Assembly (NCBI RefSeq): GCF_964355755.1
Contig: NC_092672.1
Span: forward strand, 2,170,001 to 2,234,000
Reading direction: 5' to 3'
Origin: Antedon mediterranea
Taxonomy: Eukaryota; Animalia; Echinodermata
DNA length: 64,000 nucleotides
Shown here: one piece after another, positions 40,176-64,000 of the stretch
Position numbering within the stretch: position 1 is the first letter of the stretch
Layout: every line of letters starts with the position of its first letter
The notes under the pieces: generated by a model
The model's input: the letters and a program-made list of their open reading frames with translations, nothing else
What the model was told of the DNA's origin: nothing
Database searches by the model: none
Program-made: the position numbers and the translations under genes

Positions 40176-41621
40176 CAAACTTTCTAATCACATTGAAGGA
40201 ATACAAGTTCATCGATGGTATAAAATCAAATTGCTGGTAATAAAACACATTGATTAAATAAAGTTTTTATTATTATTATTGGGACATGGTAGACTTGGAT
40301 GCAATCAGGTTAGCCCCAATTCATTGTTGTATTACATGCTGCCTGTGGGTCAAATATGGCCAGCAAGTGCATTTTATATGTCCCACAAAGAGCTACTGCT
40401 AAAAAAAGTAATGATAAAAAAAGTGGTAAATGTTGTTAATGTTTAGTTCCCATTTGAGACGCAAGTGATTTCACCAATCACAAGCGATAGATTATTTTAA
40501 GTTTCGCATGTTATTGGTCAACTTGTTTGCCTCCTTTTGTTGCGTCTCTAGTGGGAACCAGGCTTAAGCCCACAGGATTCCAGGGGTTCTTTATATATCT
40601 GACCTACAATATTATTTCAATCTGGCCCACTGTTCAGAACATATGCATTACAAGTTTGAATTAAATTATACTCGTCACTCTTCTGTGGTTGAACATTAAA
40701 TAACAATGAAGTTTCACTTGCGTCTATAATGAAGTTTTATATAAATATACATTTTAATAGATTGCAAGTACAGCAGGTATAATTTTAATACACATACATC
40801 CCATAATGATTAGTCTGGGTTCCAGACGGAGTTTTGTCCTAATATTAGTAAAAAGATAAATATTTTGGCACATATGGCGTTTCATACGTATACTACTTGA
40901 TTTTGGATAAGACAAAAATCGCAGTCGAAATAAAAACAAATAAATAAAAAAAAAAGATAATACAGACTTGGGGCAAGTCTACATAATGATGTTCATTTTC
41001 CTCCTCCTAAACCCCCAAGTTTTACAAATTATTTCATACACATCTTGCATGTCTTTCTTGTGTTGTTGGTAATTCTGTATTCATTTAAGTGCCACCACTC
41101 ACTAAATTATTTTTACTAAATATTAAACTGAATCACTTTCTGGAACTGAGAGTCCAAATCTCTGTCTACAATGTCAAACTATTTTGACCAAAAAAATGCG
41201 ATGTGCTCAAATATGGTAGTGATATGTTCATCACAAAAAATCAAACTTTTAATAGGCTATTTTACAGTTTTAATAAAGTTATTCACTTCTGTAGACAGAC
41301 AATTTTAGTATTTATTTGCTTTAATTTAGGGTTTTTTCAGGTAAATAATTGTTTTCGATCCAGTTTTTGGTCAAAGTGAATAACTATTATGTGACATTAA
41401 AACGACATATTCAACAAAAAATGTAAAAAAAATTATTTTTTAGGAGGCCAATATATCTTTAAACACACAAATTATGGAAAATGCAATGTAAAAGATACTG
41501 AAGCACATTAGGTTCAGCACTTAATTTTACACTTAGCATACCGACTCCTCTCCCTATTAGAAAATAGGATGGATCCTCCACTGAACAATATGAATAAAAT
41601 GTTCTCTTTAACAATTAATTA

Positions 41622-42798
41622 TTAATGGCCACCACCAACACACTTCATATCGTCTGCTGCTGTGTCATTTGTCTTTGCTGTTTGTTTTGCAAACTGTTCT
41701 GGTGTGAGTGTTTTCATTGTAAATGCATGAATGGATTCCATTTCTTCTTTGATACAACTGTTTACCATCCTGAAACAGAAATAATAAAATGACTTAAAGT
41801 TTAAAGCTTTTTCTACACTATCAAACTAGTTTGACACAAAAACAGAGTGATGATGCCCACATTCGGTGGTGATATGACCATCATCATCATGTTGTCCATA
41901 TATGGGCACACCACATTTTTTTGCTACATGAAGTTTGATAATACCTGTAATAATAATAATATTTATTACCTGTGCTGTTGTAAAAGTCCTTTCCCCTTAA
42001 ATTTGTTTGAAACAATAAAAGCGCTAAATTTGCCTCCACAACCATCCGATAAATCTTCAACATTCTACAAAAGGAAAGGATGACAATGTCAAGGGGGCCT
42101 TATATCCCAGGGGTCCTTATACCCCAGGGGTCCTTATATCCCAGGGGTCCTTATATCCCAGGGGGCCTTATATCCCAGGGGTCCTTATATCCCAGGGGTC
42201 ATACTGTACAGTACAAGTGCAATAATATTTTGTACCAAAATGAGATTATTATATTTTGTTATTCATAAATGGGTGTCTCATGGTCATGGTTCAGAAATCC
42301 TGACAGTATTGCACGGTGCCGGTGGTAGGGTTTTATTAGGAATTTATATAAAATGAATGAAAAGTTGTTTCTGGAAAGAAAAACATATTTTTACCACTCT
42401 GGGGCCTGGAGCATGATGTTAAAAATAGGCATTTGTCATTTGATATCACCATTTTATATCATGAAACTCAACCATGCGTAGCCTAGATTAGTACAGTATA
42501 GTGAATTATTACCCAGCCTATATGACCGCTCGCTATACTAGTAGTAGTAGTAGCTACATACAAAACACTAGGCTAGCTAGCCTAGAGTAGAGAGAGTTGG
42601 TTAGCTAGTCCTAGCCTAGGCCTATGCCTAGCTAGCTAGACATAGTCATAGTAGTAAGTAGGCTACTAGGCCTAGGCCTACTCAAACACGCAAATAAATG
42701 AAATAGAAGAAATGATATATTTTTCAAATACTAACCACATGTTCAGCTTCAAGTTCAATTTTAAGTTTTTTTGCCAGTATTTCTGCAGTTATGGCCAT
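41622..42798 (-). CDS. BOLA2: BolA-like protein 2, 101 aa, 3 exons
   Basis: Exons 42798-42736 (MAITAEILAKKLKIELEAEHV), 42064-41970 (NVEDLSDGCGGKFSAFIVSNKFKGKGLLQQHR) and 41769-41622 (MVNSCIKEEMESIHAFTMKTLTPEQF...). Conserved GCG Cys and IHA His, and no mitochondrial presequence. Confidence 0.93.
42093..42200. repeat. About 18-bp minisatellite (GGGGTCCTTATATCCCAG) x6 in BOLA2 intron 1
   Basis: Visible tandem units. Confidence 0.9.
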
Positions 42799-42974
42799 GT
42801 TTTCACAGTGACTTTCTAGGCTCTCGCACCAGGCCTAGTTAACAACAAAATAACAGCTTTACTTCCCCTCTCCGATCCTCTTGGGGCCCATTCATCGCAT
42901 GCTTGTTTTTGTTAGCTCGAGTATTTAGGAGACATTAAACGCCCTCTAGAGCTAGACGTTACTTTTAATATTAA

Positions 42975-43494
42975 AGATGTATTGTCCCTTTGACTAATTC
43001 CAAAAAAAAAAAATACAAGATTTTGAAAAAAGTGGGTCATTTTGAAGTATCATAATAGTTATTAACTTTCACCAAAAATTAGTCGAAAAAAAAATCATTT
43101 AACTGAAATACAGACGTATTTTGGTTCCAGTCAAAGTTTTCGATCAAACATATCTCATAATGCAACACGCTTATTTGGCTACTCTGTATGCATAATCATA
43201 AAACTTCCTTGCGATCTGTGTGAAAAGACCTTCTCAACCATGATGAGTTGTAAACAATCCTAATTAGCATCATGCATATGCATATTTATTGTTTGAAATC
43301 TTTGTTTACTTTTGCTCCTGACGATTTTCCAGACGAAATGTCAAATTAATTTACCTGTTAATTACATAAACTTGTTGTTTTTGGCTCGATTTTTCAACTT
43401 AAAGTGAATGACTTTAATATTACTTTGATATGACCAAATTAAATTTAGAATATTTTGACCTTCATTTTTTGGTGTTCCAAGGGACAATACATCT
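42975..43494. mobile_element. Kolobok-like non-autonomous element upstream of BOLA2
   Basis: TTAA|AGATGTATTGTCCCTT ... AAGGGACAATACATCT|TTAA. It has the same termini as 9557-9864 but a different, longer interior. Confidence 0.8.
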
Positions 43495-43663
43495 TTAAAA
43501 AAAAGTTAAAGAAAAGAGTGTTCGATCGCCTCCTCTCTCTTTATTTTATTATAAGCTATTCCATTTGTTTAAAAAGTTATTTTTGTTTTGTTATGCTTTT
43601 CTTTTAATACGATTTGAAAAAAAAAGATACACCATGGGTTACAACAAAATGAGAAGTAAAGCA

Positions 43664-43669
43664 TTTATT
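43664..43669 (-). terminator. Candidate distal poly(A) signal of ERK/MAPK
   Basis: AATAAA on the minus strand followed by a T/GT-rich stretch, at the end of about 4 kb of AT-rich, transposon-poor sequence downstream of the stop. Confidence 0.4.
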
Positions 43670-45842
43670 CAATACATTTCAAAATTTACAATAAAGAAAG
43701 GAAATAACTGTCCTCTTTAGATATCTCCTGCACTTTTTTTTTCAAATGCAAGATACTTTACGGTTGTATCATCAAATTTATTTTTCTACGAAAAATCCTC
43801 CTTTCTACCACTGTTTTCCGTAATTAGTAGTAAAATAGCATCCTCTAGATATCAGTTTAAAAAACTGTTTGACTGAAACACGACAAACTACTAAAAGCAT
43901 GGTTTTAGATATCTTTTTCTGTGAATATTTGTACAGAAAGAAAAACCTAGAGCAGATACAACACTACTAAACACATAACTATTACATACATATAAACACT
44001 GTGGTCAGAAAATGGACAAACATCATATTTGCTATGGAAATTTGGAGGTTTTACACATAGGATTCCTGCAAGATGTGAGGAAATGGATTTTGGAAAAAAT
44101 TCTAGTATGAAAATTTAGTAGTGAAGCAGATTTTATCCCGCTGACTTGCATGTGAGAGTCTCAGAGTAGAGATATGACATTATAATATGGACATATTAAC
44201 ATAGAACATTTAAAAAAAGTGTTTATCATACAAAATGCATACTGTATCTATATTAATATCATACCAGTACAAAATCTACAAGCTTAGGTGGTCCATATCC
44301 TGTCCACAGTGCTTACTATAACTACAGAATATACTCTTTATATGTAGAATTTTATATAATGCAGAACCTTCAAAAACAAACTCAATTACCGTGCATAACA
44401 AATAAATTGTATATACTACGGATGAAACATGTCGCATTGACAAAATTGGAATACAGCAAAGCTCTTTTACAAGGTCAGGTGGTAAATTGGACTTCAAAAG
44501 AGATCGTACATTTCATTAATGGATATCGAATGTGTAAGCTTACAGTATTAACATGATGTGAATTGTTTCTTTATAAAATTTAACAAAGATTGAAAATTAT
44601 GGAAATTGCCGTAAAGAAATAGTTAAGTAAAAATTTAACTTTCTTCCAAAAGAGTTGCAATTACTGCTGTCTGTGCAGTTTTTACGTCCTTGATGACAAA
44701 TTTGTGTTTCCAATTTTGCCATATCATATCGGGAACCACAAATATGAATAACTTACAACAATGTATAGGCGTACAAATAATGCATGTTTGTATTAAATAT
44801 ACTGTGTATACGTAGTCGTTTTTCCACAAGGCGAATTTATTCATGTAAATCAACAACATTATGTATATGTGTACACATAAATTTATTTTTGCGATTCAAA
44901 ATATTAGTTAACCAATCAGAAATGTTTGATTTTGCGTGAATATATTTGCCTAGTAGAAAAACAGTATTTAAATATGTCTCTGTGCAATGATACCAACATT
45001 ATTATGCATGCGTTTTAAACATTACTTTGCATGATTTTATTATTTTTTAAATTTGGTATAAACCTTATAGTAAAGTTCCATATATGCACAGCAATTAAGA
45101 ATGCAACTAAGTCTGTAGGTCTTATGTGTTTATATGGTAATAAGCTGCCCATATATGGGTATCATATGTCGTATAGATGATTTTATCATGCCAAGTACAG
45201 ACATATTATAATACTATTATATCATAAAAGCCTTATATTATATCACCTGTTTAACAGTGTGATAATAAAGTAGTGTTTTAGCAAAGTATACATATTTATT
45301 TGTGCTTCTGTCTTAATTTATTGTTTTTGATTATTATTACGATTTTGATACATCATGTTCATGATTTTGACAATTAATATATCAATTAAAACCAGATATT
45401 TTGAACAGGACCGGATCCAGGATTTTTTTTATAAATGGCAGAGAGTTAACATACAGTAATATTAATATTTGAAGATTAAGAGATCAGAAATAGATTATGT
45501 AAATTTAGCTGTCTAATGGAGATTCACAAGATACCTATGGATCCGTCCCTGTTTTAAACAATTATTTTTCCATAGAAAGATTTTATCAATATATTTGGTA
45601 ATAAAATAAGCAAATCATTAACAATATTAATTGATATCAACCATGTCCTAAAATTGGTGTTTTTAAAACTTCCCTGCATATACCGACAACTCTGAAACTT
45701 CTCACAATTTAATTTATAAAACACAATATATTTAACCATTAGTAAACAACATGTTTCTAGGTAAAAATAATTCAATCATGGTTGTTGCTAGGAGACAGTA
45801 ACAGCAGTGTCCATGGTTTCATAGACATGGTATAATATAAGC

Positions 45843-46048
45843 TCTAGTAAACTGGTTTAGAATCTAGTAAACTAGTTTAGATTCTAGTAAACTAGTTCAG
45901 ACTAGTAAACTGGTATAGAACCTAGTAAACTAGTTCAGACTAGTAAACTGGTTTAGAACCTATTAAACTGGTTTAGATTCTAGTAAACTAGTTTAGATTC
46001 TAGTAAACTAGTTTAGATTCTAGTTAACTAGTTCAGACTAGTAAACTA
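45843..46048. repeat. 17-20-bp minisatellite (CTAGTAAACT[A/G]GTTTAGA[A/T])
   Basis: Visible tandem, partly self-complementary units. Confidence 0.9.
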
Positions 46049-46920
46049 AAAGTGATCAATTCTACATTTACTTCTTTAATAGAGTGCTTTAAACAAATAT
46101 GTACATGTATGTCAAAACTATAAACGGTAAACAACATAAAAAAAATCTTAATTTTTTTTTTCTTAATATATAGCAAAATTCTCGCACTGCACAATCCAAG
46201 TGCTCTAATTTATACATCTGCCACTTGCAAAACACAACCGCGTTTGAAGAGTAAAATGAACAGTTTCGATGGTACATGGATTGCGAAATGGGAGAATTAA
46301 ATATCAAACCTAGTAAATTTATCTAGATAGAATTGTAGCTTATTTAACATTATTTTTGTTCAAGAGAGAAAACTGCAAGTATAAAATTGTTTGATAACCT
46401 TGCATCATATTGGAGCCGTTCTCAGAACGTCTCAATTCTTAACATCTAAGTAATTGAATACAGATTTGCGTGACAAAACTTCTTGTTTATTTGTCGATGG
46501 GTATCCTTTTCAAAAACATTTTAAAAAGTCATTAATATAAATATGAGTGTTATAAAAACTAATTTTTCTTTCCAAAAAAAGCAATTTTAATTTTCATAAT
46601 TCATGATTTTGATATATTATATAAATTATTTTGATAATTATATCATGATTTTTATATATATATATATATGTTTATCTGACTGTGTATTCTATTTTTAAAT
46701 TTGAAATTCATAAAATAACTTAATATTTAATTTCTGATATTAAGATTAGGATATCGTCCAAAGCAAGATATCGATATAATTGCTATAGAAAATAGAGGGC
46801 AGTATAGCGGAAGCCTCAAGCTATCATATGATATAATGAATAGTTCAGTTAATTTGAATACATAACGCCGTATGAAGCTAAGTTTTGGATGTGTATAAAA
46901 TAAAGTATCACAGATAATTT

Positions 46921-47195
46921 TCTTATCTCACATATTTGCTATTACAAGCCCATACAATAGATTTCATTGGCTATGTGTAGTCAATGAAGACTTCTGATTG
47001 ATTGTTCTTAATCTTATTTCACATATTTGTTATTACAAGCCCATACAATAGAGTTTCATTGGCTATGTGTAGTCAATGAAGACTTCTGATTGATTGTTCT
47101 TAATCTTATTTCACATATTTGTTATTACAAGCCCATACAATAGAGTTTCATTGGCTATGTGTTGTCAATGAAGACTTCTGATTGGTTGTTCTGAT
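46921..47195. repeat. About 91-bp tandem repeat x3
   Basis: TCTTATTTCACATATTTGTTATTACAAGCCCATACAATAG ... GAAGACTTCTGATTG repeated. Confidence 0.9.
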
Positions 47196-47711
47196 ATCAA
47201 ATACTAACAATAAAGCCAAACCAATCATCTGATTGGTCAAAGTACTTAAGCACCATTCTTATCGCAATTAATAGATTTCGGCAACAAGGAATAGAAGAGA
47301 AAGAATTACAAAAAAAAAAAGAGATAAATTTAGTTGATGACAAAAATTGACTTATTTGAGTTTTATCTATAATAAAGTAATATAGAAAACATTTTCAAAA
47401 AATAGCCATGTTACAATGGAAACCCAACATGGATTTTAACTCACACAGAACAAAAATTCTATCTGAATTAACTGAAAAAGCAATTATACACAAGTCACGC
47501 ATAATACAACTTGAAAATGCCCTTTTCCATTCCAAGTGCGAATGAGTGCTTTAATTATGAAACTACGCACTCTCTGGAACCAATAATTTGTCTGTATACA
47601 ATTCCATCGACAGATATTTACAGCAAATACTGGTGAATGTTGAAGATGATTTTTGTCTGAGCATCCTTTCATAAGCTTGTTATCTCTCCACACTCAAATG
47701 CCTTGTTGAAA

Positions 47712-61517
<13,806 letters not shown>

Positions 61518-61745
61518 CTGTCAAGTAAATACAAAAAAATGATTATTCAATATCAATTTAGTACTATAATTTTTTTTCAATCGTTATATAATGTGATCTC
61601 ATTTCATCTTTCTTGACTTTTTCTATCAATTAAAAGATGATAAATGGCAGTAAAGGTTTAATAATGTTACTGCAGTAACTGCAAGATTACTTTATCAATT
61701 ACAATTAGTACTGTGCAACTTTATTATTAGCATTTACTACAGTTA

Positions 61746-61883
61746 AGCTCTGTCTACACTATCAAACTTTATCTGACAAAAAAATGTGATGTACCCATAT
61801 ATGGACATGATGATGTCATATCACTACCATATTTGGGTCACATCACATTTTTGTCAAACAAGTTTGATAGTGCGGACAGAGCT
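61746..61883. mobile_element. Harbinger-type MITE family A, intact copy with TTA TSD
   Basis: TTA|AGCTCTGTCTACACTATCAAACTT ... AAGTTTGATAGTGCGGACAGAGCT|TTA. Confidence 0.9.
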
Positions 61884-62390
61884 TTAGAGCATAATAAGTG
61901 CTCCAGAATTTAATGAAAAGTTAACATGATCTATCGTACCAACCAGAACCCAATTGCAATGATATCTTTTTCATTTCCAGTGAGAACATTAACTTTATTT
62001 TACAACCAAAGCTTGTAGTAGTAAATATTGAACTTATGACCCTGTCTTGGGAATGGAAGTGTAGCGGTGACATCATTACATTAATGTGTAACATACATTC
62101 TAACATTCTAAATGTTAATGTGATTATATTACTATTAGGACATGTTTCAGCATCAGATCACTTATTTTAGTATACATCCAAATTTGTTACAATTTACATA
62201 CAGAAAATGGGGTTTTTTTTCAAAATTCAATTATATCTTTAAAGCTCTGTTTACACTATCAAACTTTATGCGACAAAAAAATGTAATGTGCCCATATGCA
62301 TACATGATTATGTCATATTACGACGATATTTGGGCGTATCACTACAATATTTGGGCACATCACAGTTTTTGTCAAATTAGTTTGATAGTG

Positions 62391-62480
62391 TTCAGTTCAG
62401 TCTCCTAACCCCTAATAGGGCTGTTGAGGCACCACTGACTTTTGGACAATCCTCCTCCATTGATCTCTGTCCTCTGTAGC
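62391..62480 (-). mobile_element. 90-bp 3' end of an RTE-clade LINE inserted in a MITE TIR
   Basis: Perfect 10-bp TSD TTTGATAGTG. The minus strand reads ATEDRDQWRRIVQKSVVPQQPY* then a short UTR and an (ACTGA)n tail. Confidence 0.8.
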
Positions 62481-64000
62481 TTTGATAGTGTAGACAGAGC
62501 TTAATATACATAGTAACAACGGATTTACCATTTGCAGTATTTAAATAATATTAACAATATTTTGCAATGGTGACCATTAGTCTTAAGTTCAAATTTAGCT
62601 GAAGTAAAGGAGGTGGGATTATGTCAGAGCACGAGATTACTTGGTCAAAGGAATTATCGAAGACCTGTGACGTATCCTCTATCAGCTGATTTGCCTAAAA
62701 CATTACGATATCATCATATTTTCTTAATTGAATCGAGAAGAAACGAAAGGAGGTCCCTAATTGATATGTAGATCACATTATTGATCCGTACACTATGCAT
62801 GACAATTAGCACACAAAATAATAGATGCCAAAATCCTCATACAGCCTTGTATTGATGAAGCTAGCTCCATCTGATCAGCATATTAATAATTATTCTTTGA
62901 AAACTCAAAAGCTTCTTATAGAAGCGTTAACCTTTAGAACGGCAAATATTGCAATGGATGACAAACTACACTTAATATAATTGGATTCTTTTTATTAGCA
63001 ATGAAAAAAATAAAAAAACAAAGTCTGAGGAGGCAAGGAATGACCACAGTTTAAAATAAAACTTTGGTCGGTCACTCCTAGTTACTAATCACAGTGGGTA
63101 TGTGATCCTGGGGTGCGTCTCTGGGGGTGTGTCACAGGGATGTGTTTACATTGGTAAAAATATTGCCAGACTTCAAGGAATAAAAAAAAATGTAGTATCC
63201 AACACTATAAGACATATTAAGAGTGATAGCTATTTTCCATCTATTATTTTTTATTCATCCTTTATTCATCCTTTATTCATCATAAGAAATTATAAAATTA
63301 CAGGATTCGAACATTAAACAAAAATTAAAAAATGTCTCGAAACAAAATAAAAATTTCATCCTTGAATAAAAAAATAAAAAAAGCTAACATATCAAACACA
63401 GTAAATTGTCGTCGTCGTATTCTGCCAGTTATACTAACAATTCTCAACAACAATGCTAATGATTACAGAATTAATGACACATGATTATTTGGTCATATTT
63501 ATATATGGTGCGAGTTATTCTTACAACGTTTGATTACATTCGATGGCATTTCTCAGAAGACTCGTTTTGACGATGCAAGTCATAAATGAAAACAATCACA
63601 TCCTGATGCTAAAAAACATCATTTACAACCGGGTAACATTCACAGTCGCTCAAGGAAATGGCCGAGATGGTCATGTGATATGTGCATAATTACTTTAGTG
63701 GACGCTGCAGCTACAAGTTGAACAAGATAAGCTAGACAGAGGCTGTTTACAGAAAAAATGTCTATTTAAAATAAATTTTTTCTGTAACCTGAACAGTGAT
63801 GGGAAAACTATTAAAAATACTGTACTTTTAGTTACTGCTATTTTGTAAATATACTAATATTCATAATTGAATCTTAAGCAATCTTTGGTAGCTTATGAAT
63901 GCAAAAATTATGGTTAATTATTTTGGCCTACAGCAGTCACTTGTTTTACAAATAAAAATACGAAATTCCAAAAGTTCCCCAAATTTGTTCAACTGAAAAA

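Overview
AT-rich animal (invertebrate) genomic DNA with spliced genes. A Deu/Nin-type SINE and the gene sequences suggest an invertebrate deuterostome such as an echinoderm (inference). Six protein-coding genes can be assembled by hand from splice sites, most of them missed by the ORF track. On the minus strand: an orphan CCHC zinc-finger, Pro/Gln-rich protein (2975-5334), YPEL (22479-31520), BOLA2 (41622-42798) and ERK/MAPK1 (47712-61517, exon 1 outside the window, two U12-type introns). On the plus strand: a secreted six-domain antistasin-family inhibitor (6669-11043) and TMED6 (12964-15664). Introns and intergenic DNA hold many mobile elements: an internally deleted Sola2-like transposon with about 690-bp TIRs and a nested SINE, a hAT element and an RTE LINE tail each nested in copies of a very abundant Harbinger-type MITE, Kolobok-type MITEs, a Helentron-like element and a LINE 3' end. 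There are also many minisatellites and a large foldback. The main points of interest are the ERK-BOLA2-YPEL tandem cluster mirroring human 16p11.2/22q11, the modular antistasin gene with a rearranged pseudoexon, and the orphan co-repressor-like zinc-finger protein. No prokaryotic systems or CRISPR arrays are present. All coordinates were read by eye and repeat boundaries are approximate.
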